DNA of 64,000 nt from Psammoneis japonica (lineage: Eukaryota): the NCBI GenBank assembly GCA_008632985.1, contig QPGO01000112.1, forward strand, positions 1 through 64,000, in the 5' to 3' direction. Numbering within the stretch: the first letter of the stretch is position 1; the number at the start of each line of letters is the position of its first letter. A program made the position numbers and the translations under genes. The notes beneath the pieces were generated by a model that saw only the letters and a list, made by a program, of their open reading frames with translations, did no database searches and was not told the origin of the DNA. Shown here one piece after another: positions 39,757-52,990 of this stretch.

Positions 39757-40188
39757 CTACAAGATTGAACCGGCGTTGGAAGCAATACGGGGCCAGAGCT
39801 CGGCGCATTCCTTTGCCACGGGTCCCGATACAGCACTACCCTTCATTTCTCCCTTGTTGTTAACAATCACACCAGCACTATCTTCAAAGTGAATAAAGAC
39901 TCCCTCCTTCCTGCGAAAGGCTTTGCGCTGACGGACGATAATACCCGGCATAACCTTCTTCCGGAGCTCGGGCTTTCCCTTTTTGACGGAGCACATCACC
40001 ATGTCGCCAGAACCGGCCTTTGGAAGTCTGTTTAGCCTTCCACCAATGTTACACACAGCAATGATTCGGAGGTTCTTAGCTCCAGAGTTGTCAGCACAGT
40101 TGACAACAGCAGCGGTTGGGAGACCAGCCGAGACCTTGTGCTTGATGCCAGAGGCGGCAGCACGTCCACGCTTTACTTTCTCACTCAT
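39757..40188 (-). CDS. RPL23: 60S ribosomal protein L23 (uL14)
   Basis: [50 protein letters not shown]. Confidence 0.97.
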   Translation of the reverse strand: MSEKVKRGRAAASGIKHKVSAGLPTAAVVNCADNSGAKNLRIIAVCNIGGRLNRLPKAGSGDMVMCSVKKGKPELRKKVMPGIIVRQRKAFRRKEGVFIHFEDSAGVIVNNKGEMKGSAVSGPVAKECAELWPRIASNAGSIL

Positions 40189-41224
40189 TATTCAAAACAA
40201 GAACCACTAAAAAAAACAAACAGCACAACGACGTCAGTATATTGTTGACAAAACCATATCAAAGAAACACAGGGCCGCTGTCTACAAATAATGCGCGGGC
40301 GAGAACCACGGAACAGCATCATGGGAAACTTCGGCAGCCGGCAGCATGATCACTTCTTTTGCGCTCGCACATCATTGACTCTACAACCAGTTCCTCTCCG
40401 AATCAAAAATCTGTGATAAAAGAACTATTCCATGCGTTGACAAGGCAGACACTTCAAAACACCGCAGAAGAAGCATCATCGTCGCATCCTCACCTTGCTA
40501 GTTTGTGAAGCTCAAATCTCTTTCAGCTCTACGTGAAAGCCAGTAGGCTTCCTACGTATTCAATCTGATCAAAGTAACCGGTACGCGGTACTGTAGACGG
40601 ATGAAGGACAGAGGACGTGTGGCATTTGTTTGACGTGCCAGGACAGACGCTTATAGATTAGTACGGGCGGTAGATCTAGAGATAGATCGCCATTGACGCT
40701 TCTACTCTTCTCCTCTACTCTAGAGAGTAGCTACTAATAGCCATAGAGCTACAGTACTCTAAGCTAGAGAGCAATCGATCTCTAACTAGACCCTACGACT
40801 TACGACCTTCTAACGAACTCTCTAGCAAATACCATAGAAGAGAGTATCCCCTCAAAGATACATTATTGGGTGAGCTCTGGTGTGCTTTCGCTCTGATCCC
40901 ACGTCTCTCACGTGCACAAAGTTCAACAGAAAAATGCTAAGCCAATGACTTCTGAATCTTAAAAATTGACAATGATTTCAAGAAGCAACGAACTCCTGCA
41001 GAGCAGAAGTTCACGAGCCTTCCTCCCTTGCCCGCGTTCTCATTCACTTGTTCATTAGCAGCCACCGTACAGTAAGTGACTCTAATTGACGAGAGAGTGC
41101 CCAGAAATCTAGCACCAGTCAAGCGGCACAATACTTCTACAATGAAACCAAATCAAATCCGAGAAGTGTCTTCGAACTATTTCTGTATTATCTCTTACCA
41201 AAGCATCGTAGGAAGGCTCACAAA

Positions 41225-42211
41225 TCAAGACAAAGATTTCTCGCTAACTCTCATATCCTCTTCTTGGGGAATAATGCAAGACTCTCCGTCGTCGTCGAGC
41301 TCACACATGGCACCATCTTTTCGTAGCCACCAGGCGCCTCCAAACGATTCCATGTCGAGCCAGTAGAAAAGAAGGCCATACAGCCCCCCAATTATGGAAA
41401 ATACGTTTCCTCTCACAGCATGTGCAAGTCCCTTTCGTAGAAAACAAGCCCAAAGACCGCCCAACATGAATCCCAACATGACGGGAGAGCTTTGCACAAT
41501 AGCATTCCAGTCGAGTCTTTGACGACCTCTAGTTCGCGAAAATCTGTCGACAAAACAGCGAGTCAATTTCGTCATGTGTCCTGTTACTACAAAAGTCATT
41601 GTTCCGGCCACTTCATTGCCAATGCTGTTGATGATTCCGAAGCCTGTTGAAAGTAATAGTACTGGAATCCATCGTGAACCGCCAGACAAGTTGAATATGA
41701 TGTCGCTGCCAAAAAACAGTAACGCCACAGCGATGCTGCAGACGTGCAAGGTCTCTTTGCGCAAGTCTAGATCACATCTTCGAAACGAGGCGACTCCGAA
41801 CAAGTAGGCAACAATCACGGACGCGTAGTACAGGAGGCGGGTATAGTTTCTCTCTACAAGAGCTTTCGTCATCCACAAGTAGTTGCCAGTCATCATGGTG
41901 GCAAAGGTTTCATATTTCAAAAACACTTCAATATCTGACCAGGCAGTGAGAAAGGCCATACCAGCCGCAAGACGTTTCTTGCGCTTTTGCTTCTGAGAAG
42001 AAACAGCAGACGAGGGAGCTGGAGAAGCGCTTGAGAGGAACAAACTCGAGCATGCGTGATTCTCAATTGGTGTTTTTCGCACAGGCCCTCGGATTGTAAG
42101 CAAAGCCTTCTGACGAAGCCTTCCATTTTGAACAGTAAAGCTAGATACGAGCTGCAGAAGGCAGAGCCACAGGAGCAGCGGCGCAGGTTTCTTTGCTTTC
42201 ATAGTCCTCAT
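41225..42211 (-). CDS. DUF1275/YoaK-like multi-pass membrane protein, probable plastid presequence
   Basis: Signal peptide ending VSS-F, FATMMTGN and TFVVTGHMT repeated motifs, several TM helices. Confidence 0.7.
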   Translation of the reverse strand: MRTMKAKKPAPLLLWLCLLQLVSSFTVQNGRLRQKALLTIRGPVRKTPIENHACSSLFLSSASPAPSSAVSSQKQKRKKRLAAGMAFLTAWSDIEVFLKYETFATMMTGNYLWMTKALVERNYTRLLYYASVIVAYLFGVASFRRCDLDLRKETLHVCSIAVALLFFGSDIIFNLSGGSRWIPVLLLSTGFGIINSIGNEVAGTMTFVVTGHMTKLTRCFVDRFSRTRGRQRLDWNAIVQSSPVMLGFMLGGLWACFLRKGLAHAVRGNVFSIIGGLYGLLFYWLDMESFGGAWWLRKDGAMCELDDDGESCIIPQEEDMRVSEKSLS

Positions 42212-42359
42212 GCCACCGCGTCAACTCCATGGCTCATTGTGTGTGAAGTTGAGCGGAACGAATTTTGATTTTTGATTTTATTTCGACGTCACGCTGACGT
42301 GGTTTGTAAGTCTGTCATGCGTGCGCGATAGATCGATCGTGAGCAGAGAAGCTTTCGCA

Positions 42360-45270
42360 AGACCCTACCAACCTCGACAAACTCCGACCCATCGGATGCG
42401 GCACCGCCATCCGACGCGTGGCTGGCGCCCTCACTATGACCATCAATGCGCCCGCACTCACGGAGTACCTCCTCCCCGATGGCCAATTCGGCACAGGCAT
42501 CAAAGGCGGCCTCGACTGCCTCATCCACGCCACTCACGCCAATGTCGAACGCCACCTCAACACCACCACACCAACCCACGCCTTCCTCACTCTCGACCTC
42601 TTCAACTTTTTCAATGAATGCTCACACGACACCTGTCCAGAGCTCCTCAACAACATGCCCGCCTTCAAACACCTTGTCCCCATCTTCGACCTGCACTGCA
42701 ACATGCCAAACACGTGCTGGTGCCGCGATCCAGCCGGCCTCTGGTGATCATTTCCCCAACCCAAAGGATTCTCGCAAGGGTGCCCACTCACCCCTCCATT
42801 CTCTGCCCCAGTCCTCAGCGTCATCCTCAAACAACTCAGTGCTGAACTCCGCCAACGCCTCCCATCCTCCAACATCACGTCAACTGCCTCCCTCATCGAC
42901 GACACCAGCATCTGGCTCCCGCACGCTGAACTGCCGTGGTTCCTACAACACCTCAAGGAATTGGGCCCTCAACATGGTGTCTGCCTCAATTGCTCCAAGA
43001 TGCACACACTCACCTCGACAACCAGCACCAGCCCCCTGCCAAACTTGCCCCCAGCAAGTGCCGACGCCCTCCGCCAAGCCCTGCATTTCCTTGACCCTGC
43101 TGACGATCCTGCCCTGCATCCCGAAATCACTGCTGCCCTCTGCTTCCTTGGCCAACCCATTGGCAGCCCCACCTTTGCCCACACCTGCCTTGAACAAAAA
43201 GCCGACACCTTCTGCACCAACCTCGACAGACTCTCATCACGCCTCCATGACACCCAAACCAAAAGCTCCCTCTGCCGCACCTGTGCCATCCCATCACTCC
43301 TGCACCTGCCAGTGTCCGACGTCCACTTCAACTTCAACCCAGACAACCCACAACCTCTCACTTCCTGGACTTCACCTTTCCAACAAGAGGTCCAACACTG
43401 CTGCAACACCCACCTGCAACATCTCACAGCGCAGCCACTGCCACTGCCACCGCACGCCACGCTCCTCGCCCACCTCCCAGCATCCTCCGGCAGTGGCGGC
43501 TGCCGATCCACATCCGCCTCCGCCATCCCCTTTCTCGTCTCTCAACTCACTCACTCCTTTCGACATGCAACACATGGACCGGCTGCAGGCCAGGACAACC
43601 CCCTCAAGCTCCCACCTTTCTACGCTCGCTCCCTCCGCACCTGGGCCACCTCCCGCCGCCCCTTGCACCTGTGTCAGGTCTTTCAACACTGTGGCAAAGC
43701 TGCCACACACACTCTCAACCCTCCCCCACCTTCCCTGAAAGCCTTCGTCAAAACGCACCCGCTGCGCAACCTTTCCCACACCCTCTGTCATGCACACTTC
43801 GAACATGCATGCTCACAGACCTCCGCCTGCATGGACCATCGCACGTCACCCACGCGCTCCCGTCCCTTCTCTCTCCACTCACAAGTCTCACCCTCCACTC
43901 CCAATGGGAATCATTTGGGTCCTGAGAGTCATCACATGGAAATTGTGCAGGAGAGTGCTAAAAACAATTGCTGTCAGTCTGTCCATCCATCCGTGTGCGA
44001 ATGTCAACTTCTCGGGAAATCAGTTGAAATGCTGTCTGATTGACGGCATTTTGATTCACACAGTGAAGGCCAATGCCGTCAATCAGACAGCATTTCAATT
44101 CAGTTCCCGAAAAGTCATTGGCTCTGATCACTCTCTCACATGACATTGTGCACATTTCCACACGATTTTGTGACCCATGCGACATTTTCGAATGATTCCC
44201 ATTGTTGCTCGCATGCCACCTCAACAACGCCTAAACCCTGAACAGTTCCGCCTGATGCTGCAACGCAAATTGCGGCTCCCCATCTCACCGAATCAACTCG
44301 CACCACCTGCCTCTTGCCCCTCTTGCTCCGGCACCATCGACCCATGCGGTGACCATGCCTTTTGTTGTCGATCCCTCGGACACAAAACAACCATGTCGAA
44401 CGCCATCCGCGATGGCCTCTGCGCTGCTTTCCAAACACTTGCTCCACTCTCCGGCATCTGTGCCGACTCTTCTGCCACACACCACGAACCAACCAATCTA
44501 ACACCTCATTCACCCCTCAAATGCCCTGCTGACGCAGGCATCCAGCCCACCCCAGCCGCCTCTGCTGCCTCCCCTCTTGGCCACTGACACCTTGCCATTG
44601 ACGTCACTGTCCCTGAACCTCCCCCATTGCTTGCTCCTGGCTTGCCTGCCCCCACTCTTGACCCTCATGCCGAGGCACACCACACGAGCACAAAACGGAA
44701 GTTCAACGGAACCCACGAGACCCAACACGAAGCAACCCTTACATCCGCCCTTAACAATGCCGGCATCCACCTCATTCCCTTTGCCATCGACCACCTGGGA
44801 GCTCCAGGCTACTTCACCCACTGCCTTCTTTTTGGCGCCAACCAAGACCTCCCCATCCCTGCTCCACCCGCCCCACCTTGGAACACTGAAACCTGTTTTC
44901 AACACCCAGCTGCCCACGCCGCATGTGCCTGCGCCCAACAATCCCCATCTGCCATCCTCCCTGCTGCCACCGCCACCTGGCAAACCATCTCCGCCGAACG
45001 CTTTGGCCTGACCCACCACTCCTCAACACCGTCACAATGGGTCTGCAGAGCCCAAGCCTCGTGATCACCAAATCGCTCGCTGACCAACCAACCCACTGCT
45101 CCACCAAACTACAATCGCAAACATCAAACCCCAACTCGAAATCCATCCCTTTTCCTGCCTGCATGACTCCGTTCCGCCATTGCCCCGCGTCTGTCCCTTC
45201 CCCCGCGCCACTGGGTGACGTTGCACGTGAACTTCGCGCGCGCACTGCTGGGCAGTTTCCCTGGTCTAAC
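42360..45270 (+). mobile_element. 5'-truncated RLE-type non-LTR retrotransposon (RT + zinc knuckle + RLE), TA-depleted, interrupted by a MITE
   Basis: KLRPIGCG, GQFG, LTLDLFNFFN, QGCP, SLIDD, CPSC...GDHAFCC; 3' kb closely similar to 1-1060. Confidence 0.85.
43902..44204. mobile_element. MITE-like element with 14-bp TIRs and internal 27-bp hairpin
   Basis: TIR caatgggaatcatt / aatgattcccattg; perfect arms 44024-44050 and 44072-44098; related to 16931-17264. Confidence 0.82.
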
Positions 45271-45961
45271 CAATGGAATCGATCCTTGCTCGCTCCACTC
45301 TCCACTCTAGCTAGAGCTCTGCTGGTGCTCTCTCTAGAGCTAGAGAGGGACAGCATCAATGCTGGCATCGCACCTGACAGAGAGCAGGCAACCGCTCTCA
45401 CACAGGTCTTTCGATTGTGGCAAAAAATCAATGTTGGTTCCTCCTCTTTTAGGTGGAACTCTCTAGATCGAAGTCTGAAACCGAAAGATTTTGGATTGCC
45501 GCCCTCACTGCTGTCAGAAAACAGAGCCATGACGATTGCCTGCACCAATCATTTTGATGCATTTTGCGCCGGGCATTCGAATTGATTGCAACACATGACG
45601 GTTGTTTCAGTGCGCACTTTTGCGCGACCCACGCGACATTGACTGACATGCATCAGTGCGTGGTGCTGGTTGTTTTGCTTCTGACCGTTCTGTCTTCTGT
45701 GAGGTTTCATGAGGCTGTCTGTGCACATTGATGTTGTCCAGTTGTGCATGTTGATGTTGTCTGAGGCAAGCTGCGTTGCATCAAGTGAATGTGGAAATGT
45801 GCAAAATTTACGCATTGTTGCAGTTTCTTTGCCAAATGGTTGGCCCTCATTCATTGCCATGCTCAATCCGCGGCGGCTTGAGTGAAAGTCCATGTGCATG
45901 TGTTTTGCGCATTGATGCGGTTGTCTTTGCTGAATGGCCATTTGCAATTTGCTCAATTCCA

Positions 45962-46480
45962 TCATTTCTGGCCACACTTCTTCTGAAGGGACTTTGCTTG
46001 CTCCTTCTCCTGCTCCGCCATCTCCTCCTTGGTGAAAAATCTCCCCGACCGCTGTGGAATCACCGCTGCATGTGCTGCCTTTAGCTCCTCCATGGTTGAA
46101 TCATCCTTGGGCGCAACCGTTGTTTCCACATGATGACTGTCCGCTGTCGTGTTGTCTTGCACAAGCACAGAAGTGACATCAAAATTTCCCGAGGCAAGGT
46201 CAAACGCCGCTCTTGCTTCTTCCAAGGTAATCTCCTCTTCGTCTTCCTTGTTCATCAATGACTGAAGAAGTTCCGCACGTGTCTGCACCTTTTTCTTGTC
46301 CTCACCAGTTTTCTTTGGCTCGTCTGCCTTCTTTGTTTGTTGCTGCAAATCCATGTTTTCTCTGTTGCTACGTTTTCTGTGACGGTTGCGTTCGCGTTTC
46401 TTGGTTTGTTGGTTAAAATCCATTCGACGTTGTGTGATGCATGTGCAGATTTCTGCGCAATGTGCTGACCCAATCGACAC
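45962..46480 (-). CDS. Hypothetical charged protein downstream of the Rep-helicase (TA-depleted)
   Basis: 172-aa ORF, Lys/Glu-rich, co-oriented with helicase; no family recognised. Confidence 0.35.
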   Translation of the reverse strand: MSIGSAHCAEICTCITQRRMDFNQQTKKRERNRHRKRSNRENMDLQQQTKKADEPKKTGEDKKKVQTRAELLQSLMNKEDEEEITLEEARAAFDLASGNFDVTSVLVQDNTTADSHHVETTVAPKDDSTMEELKAAHAAVIPQRSGRFFTKEEMAEQEKEQAKSLQKKCGQK

Positions 46481-46569
46481 ATTTTATTTTACGAAATTTC
46501 CGCATTTTTACGGTTGGGGTCGCCAAACAGTTGCACAGTGGTTGAGCATCCTAATCTGATGTTTGGGTG

Positions 46570-49500
46570 CTACATTGGTGTTTCTGCGCACTGTTGCTGA
46601 GAAAAATGCGTGGCGCTTCTCTCCTTCATGAGTCTCATCAAGGCTTTGTAGCCTTCTGGGACCTTGTGTTTTCGCAGGTCCTTGCTCAGTGGCTTTCGCA
46701 TGAACAGCCCTTCTCTGGTCTTTACTCTGGAGAGCACAACGTGCACCCAATTCTGAGTGTAGCTCCAAGAGTGTGCAAACAACTGCGGGACTCCACTCCC
46801 TTGCAGTTTGTGCCCTGCAGTGGCATTGTTGATGACAAACGGCAGCTGGGTTGCCTTCAGTTGGAAAGTGTGCCTTTGTTTGTCGCCTTCTTCTAAAACT
46901 AGGCTGGGCTTGGCGATGCAAGCCCTGAAAGTGTTTGTTTTTGGCTCAACTAAAAACTTCGCGGGGTCGATGCTTTTGTTGCAGTGTTCCAACACAACGT
47001 GGTCTACCTGACTGGCAAGTGCAGCAGGAATGCCAATGTTGTTGTCTAAAGTTGCTGGTCTTGGTTCCTGTCCTGGTTTGAGAACGACCTTGTCAACAGT
47101 GGCTTGCGCTCCGTTTGCTTGACCGTTTGCTGCATTTTTGTTGAAAGGTGTCATGACTCTGCATCTTCTGTAAATTCACAAGACTGGATCCATTCTTCCT
47201 GATTGCATGACAACGTCTCCTTCACCACAGTTGTTCCAGAAGCTGTTGCAAACCGGAAATGGTTGGCAGAGTCTCGTGCCATTCTGTGCCTGCAAGTCGT
47301 CACTGAAAATCAACATTGAGTCAAGGACGTGTCCATCTCTTCTGTGCAGTGTTTCTGCTCTTTTTTCGAACAGGCCAGTGTCAATTGCATCTCTGTCCTT
47401 ATTTGCACACGCAGCACAGCGGAGGTCACTGGGCAGATCATCTTCGTTCTGAACTGCTCGTTCGTTGATGCACTCTATGTCGTCAACTGTGATCTTGCCA
47501 GTGCGGAATCTCTCAAGCAGTTTTCCCCATGATGGATCGTCTTCAAACCTGTGTGCACCACGAAGTTCTGTGTGGCAGTTGATCCACTCGTGAAACTCGG
47601 GACATGCATCTTTGTGTGGTGGTTTCACTCCTTTTCTGACTGGTTCTAGTTGCCTGAGGTCACCTGCGAAAACAATGTTGACACCACCGTGCGGCTTGCT
47701 CAATTCGCTCTTCAATGCTGTCAAATTCTCATGGAGTTTTTCTAGTTCTCTCTTGCTTGCAAAAAAAATCTCGTCTGCCACCAAAAGTCTCGTGTCTGAC
47801 CATGCTTCAATTTGCTCTTCGGTCATTTGCTTTCTTCTCATGAGGCATGCAACTCGGTGGATTGTGTCCCCTTTGAGATCAGTCGCAGCCACTCCGGTCA
47901 GTGCAGTTGTTCTGATTGTGCTTGTTGTGAACGGCTGCTCAACAAGCGAGCAATGCTCTCTTCCGCATTCCACGACGAGGTCCATTGTGGTTGATTTGCC
48001 ACTTCCACCTGCACCATGTAAAAAACACACAAGTTGCAACGTTCTACGTCTTTGCACTTCCACGAGTTTCTTCAATCGGCGAAGGTTTGTTGCGAACTCG
48101 TGTCTGCCATTTCTCCTGTTGAGTCCATTGCGTGACGTCTCGTCTTGAAGAGCGTCTTGGCAGTGAGTGAGCACAAAGGTTCCTGCTAGAATTTCAAAGG
48201 CACGCTGCTGTTGCCCATCCAGTCTTGCTTTCCTGGCCCAGTCTACAACACTTGCTGCAGATCCGTTTGCTTGACGCACATCGACGTGTTCTTCCAAACC
48301 TGTCACATCCTCAAACGACCTTCTTGTTCTTTGCTTTCTAGTCAGCATCACTCGAACAATGTCATCTCTTGACAGTGGTCTGCTGTGGATGTGTTGTTGC
48401 ACTCCTTCATTCTGGTCTTCCTCGTCGGTGTCATCGCCGCCCTCTAGATTCTCAAAAAGTTGTCGTTCATTAACCTGGCTTTCCTCGTTTGGTGGGTCAG
48501 TGTGCATGTCTGCCAAGCATTTGCAACCACCCATGTGTGGGCCTTTCTGTCTTGCACGTTCACCGCTCAAATGCGCAGGAACAACTGCTTGGTCGCTCAA
48601 CCCAATGTCATCGTCTTCTGGCTGCTCTGCCATTTCTTCCAAGAGTGCATCCAGCAGTTGACCCTGAACGGCACCTGAGAGACCTTCTTCCTCGTCACTT
48701 TTGCGACAGTCAAACGCAACGTCAGCAGGTCTAAATTGCTCCGTCTTTCTTTGCAGATCGTCAGATGCACTTTTGAGACGAAGGCAGTTGGACCCAGCAT
48801 CCTGTGGGTTCTGCAAGAAGTTCAAGTTTTCCTTTGCAACAACACCGGCTGCTGCGGAGAGTTGGAATTCACGCAGGCATGCATGGGTTGTTGGTTTGAG
48901 TTCCGTCATTGTTCTGCAAGGCGCAAACAAGGCCAATGCCAACTTGCAGCACAATTCTTTGTCTGGTGTTGTTGGTTGCTGCGGATCTACAAGGCAACTG
49001 CCAAACTTGGCTGCATCAGGAAAATCACACTGAAGTGCTTTTGACAATCGCGGTTGCTGTCGCTGTCTGACACCTTGAAGAAACTTGTTCTTCGTTGAAT
49101 TGTGAGACGGGTGCCTGTGCGCTCTGTTGTCGAACATCATCATGCCGTGTTCGTTTTTCCTTGTGTTGCGAAGAACTTCGCACTCACTAAAAAACGCAAA
49201 CAGACTGAGATTCTCCAGTGCTGTTGGACGACATGGGCAGTGCAAGGCCTGGCATTGGAAGAACGGTGTGTCGCCAAAACAGGCTGCAGTTGCAGACACT
49301 TCGTCTCTTTCTAGTGTGCTGACAATGTCTTTCAAGGGGCACCATGCGGTCAAATGAGATTCGATGAAACGGCTTCCGTTCCTTGTCATGTAAGACGCAA
49401 GTGGTGGTCCAATGACGTTCGTCTTGTCATGCGAGCAAGCACCCCACATGAGACATCTGATTGCTTCCAATGCATCAGATGCATGTTTCCGTAATTCCGT

Positions 49501-52221
49501 CGCTGTCCTGTTCGTAGTTCGAAGCACTTCATCGTACGATGCAGCATCATCTTTCTGGGCATCTTTTAGGATGCACTTGATCGTGCATTGAGCAGATGGT
49601 CCAGGCATCAATGAAGCAATGTTTGTGTTGCATGTCAGTTTTGATCTGCTCATTGCAGGGCACGACACGTTTTGAAAAGCATCGCACTTTCTCCTCTTCG
49701 GAACAACTTCCTTCATGCACCGATGCGCAAAAGTTCCATCCCAGCTGAACCACTTTATCTGAGTGTCATCTGCATTCCTTGCTGAATCATTTGGACATGA
49801 AGCAGCTGGTTGCCTGTGACGGCAGTCACCTGGTTTGAGCTCCTCTCGTTTCCTTTTCCTTGACTGCGTGTCCAGTTCCTCGTGTGGGTTTTTTTTACGC
49901 ATTTTACGCAACTCTGCGCATTTGGGAAAACACGACTTCATAACGTGCATGTGATGGTTGTAAGCTGCGTCCGGCATGTGTGCCTCTGTTGTCCCTTGCG
50001 GACCACTTCGCTGGCATTGTACACACATTGCTTTTAGTCGCTTTGCGTGGTCATCTGGATGGCGAGTCAGGCCAGGTGCACGGTGCCGTGACTGTAAAAA
50101 GCTTTCTACAAACTCGACGTTTGTCCAGCACTTGGTGCAGTGACGACAACAAGCAAACATTCCGCTCTTCGACTGCTGGCCGTCTTCATGCCTCAGGTTT
50201 CTTAGCTGTTGGTTGTCTGCTGCTTTTGGAGAGGTGTGACACATTTTTGGTGCTGCACAGTCATGATCGAATGCTTCACGCAACGTGTTGGTGCTGAAGT
50301 CCTCGCTGCAGATTAATTCCATGCTGCAGATCTTCTGAACTGTGTTGGCAAGGCACTCAGCACCTTCGCGACGGATCTGTCTTGTTGGGGAATGCAGTTT
50401 CTCTCTTGCATTGTTGATCGATGCAAACCAGATCTGCATGTGTCCGTGTGCTGTCAGACGTCCCTGCTCCTCAACTGCGGCTAAAAATGCGGCTGGCCTG
50501 CCAATGTAGAAGTTAAAGTTTTCTCTTGGTTGGTTGGCACTCAGATCCCAACCCACTGCCTCTTCTGTTGCAATGTCAAACAAGCACTCAAATGCAAAGG
50601 CTGTTAGACCAGGAAACTTTAGATGCAGTTCATTGCGTTGCTTGGCCCTGCCAGCAAGAATTTCGTCCGTCAGTTGTGTCACGTCTTTGTTTGGGTCTAG
50701 GATGAAACCCGAGCACAGTTGCACAAGAAACGAATTTGCATCGTCCGCACTGACGGTTAAGAAAATGCCACCCTGACCAAAATGATGCTGACAAGTTTTG
50801 GCGTTTCTCCTCATTTTCTTTGCTGCTTCGTTGCTGTGTGGCAGAGACGCAGATGCAACGTCGAGTGCACACAAAAAGTGGTGCCCGAGTCCACAATCTC
50901 TTCTCTTGCCCAAGTTGCTGTCACAAACAGCTCCATCCACATCGTCCACTGTTGGTTCGTTTGCAAACTGTGCAGCCTGATTCTTGTCCCTGACTTTCCA
51001 CCCTGCACTCTGTGGCATCCTTTGCTTCATTGTCAAGTTGTGGCACATTAACACGAAGAGCTGCTCGTGGAAGTGAGGCTGGGAAATCCGTGCCAAGTGG
51101 TCGGCACAGTGTGCAAGGTTGGTGCTGTCTGTGAGACTTCTGTCTTTCTTCATTCTCGTCTCATTGATTCCTCCTCTGCCAAAAGGAAACTGCAGCAGAC
51201 ACGCGCCAACGAAGTTGTTGAATTTGAAATCACTCACAGATTCTTTGGACAACTGTGCTTGCACCTCTAAATCAAATCCGTTGGCAGCAGCTTCGTGTGC
51301 AAGATCTTTGAAGCAGCCCAGGTTGCACTGACCACCAGTTGCAGGAGACATGGTTCCATCAGGAAAGCAAACATGAAATGACTCTGAGGTCTCAACATTC
51401 GCATTTTCTCCTTCTTCTTCGCTGGTGCTGTCGACAAGTGCGGGATTCCGCAGATTGCGCCCAACTTCGTCTAGATTTGTCTGTTGGTGCACCCACTCTT
51501 GGTCATGGTGCAACAGCCATTCCATCGCCCTTGGCATGTGGTGCGCCCCAATTCTGTTCTTTGAATGTGCAAGTTGTCTTTGCTCCGGAGTCATCTTTCC
51601 AGTCATCAGTGCAATCACATTCTGATGTAAATTCAGTGCGTCGAAGTGCACAACAGTTCTTACGATGCTTTGCATCTTGACTTTGTAGCACGTCAGACTT
51701 CCCTGGAGCTTCTTCTGTTTGCCGCCAAGGCAACTGAAGCAGCACCCGCATGTTTTCACTGGTGTGAGCATTGCCAATTCTGCTTCGGTTGGAGACAACA
51801 GTTCGTGCGGCGGGGTGCCGAAACAGCAGTTGTTCGCTGTCGCGTGCATTGGCACAATGGCTCTTCCCAGGCTTCTTCGGCATTCGCTGCAGCAAGTGAA
51901 TCCGTCGACGCGTCGTCTGTCTTCCTGCACCACGCATTGGGCGCGGGGAGAAAGTGGCAGGTCTTTGATCCAATCAGCATCTTCATGCTCTACAGTGCAG
52001 CAGGACTTGAGACGATCAGATGCGCTGCTCCAGTCTGAAGGGGTGAGTGAGTTTCTTGCTGATTCCAGTGTTTTGAGCGGCAAGTGGCAAACTTCTCTAG
52101 GTTTCAGCAGAACGTCACAGACTGAACATGCGTGTGGTCTAAATTCTTCATCTCTGTGTGGACAAAGCATCTCAAACTTTCCATTGATTGCACTGCAAAC
52201 ACGGGAGTTGGCCTTGTCCAT
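46570..52221 (-). mobile_element. Helitron-type Rep (HUH endonuclease)-PIF1 helicase gene, mutated
   Basis: 1681-aa ORF: IFLTVS (motif 1), EEQGRLTAHGHMQIW (HUH), QCTIKCILK (Y..KY motif with Y->C), GAGGSGKS, VADE, FAGDLRQLEPV; ORF 46570-47154 adds HKLQG and WVHVVLSRV. Confidence 0.85.
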
Positions 52222-52349
52222 TTCAATTTAAGCTGACACTTCAACTCAACAAATTTCAAGAAGTTGCTCAGTGAAAACAGTTGTTTTTTCAGTGCGATCA
52301 CCGTGAAGCTGCGATCGGCGCCATCCAATCACCACAGTGATGTGTGTTT

Positions 52350-52990
52350 TCTCACCACCTGCAGCACTGCGACTGGTGTCGTCCAGTCACCGCAGTGGTT
52401 CTGTCTGGTTGATCAACGAACCGCATCGGTGCCATCCGTTCACCGCAGCGCCGTGTCGTCTTCTCACAACCTGTGCAATCAGGTCGCTGTGAGTGCTGCG
52501 ACTGGTGCTGTCCAGTCACCGCAGCCGAGTCAATCAGTTGCTTGACGAACTGCGTCGGTGCCACCCGATCACCGCAGCGTTGTGTCGTGTTCTCACAACC
52601 TGTGCAATCAGGTCTCTGTGAGAGCTGCGACTGGTGTCGTCCAGCCACCGCAGCTGAGCTTGTGCGTCATCTCACAACCTGCATCATGAGGTGCAGTGCT
52701 GTGTTGTTTGCTCACAACCTGTGCAATCAGGTCACTGTGAGAGCTGCGACTGGTGTCGTCCAGTCACCGCAGCCAAGTGAACCAGTTGCTTGACGAACTG
52801 CATCGGTGCCATCCGATCACCGCAGCGTTGTGTCGTGTTCTCACAACCTGTGCGATCAGGTCTCTGTGAGAGCTGCGACTGGTGTCGTCCAGTCACCGCA
52901 GCTGAGCTTGTGCGTCATCTCACAACCTGCGTTGCCAGGTCACTGTGAGAGCTGAGAACTGCGATCGGTGTGGCCCAATCACCGCAGTTG
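52350..52990. repeat. Complex tandem repeat upstream of the Rep-helicase
   Basis: ctcacaacctgtgcaatcaggtc...gctgcgactggtgtcgtccagtcaccgcag units at ~52463, 52592, 52712, 52840 plus partial units; separate 54-bp duplication at ~53143-53247. Confidence 0.85.

Noticed and set aside
52350..52990. Repeat-spacer appearance suggestive of CRISPR
   Set aside because: Intervening segments are themselves repeated, there are no cas genes and the context is eukaryotic.
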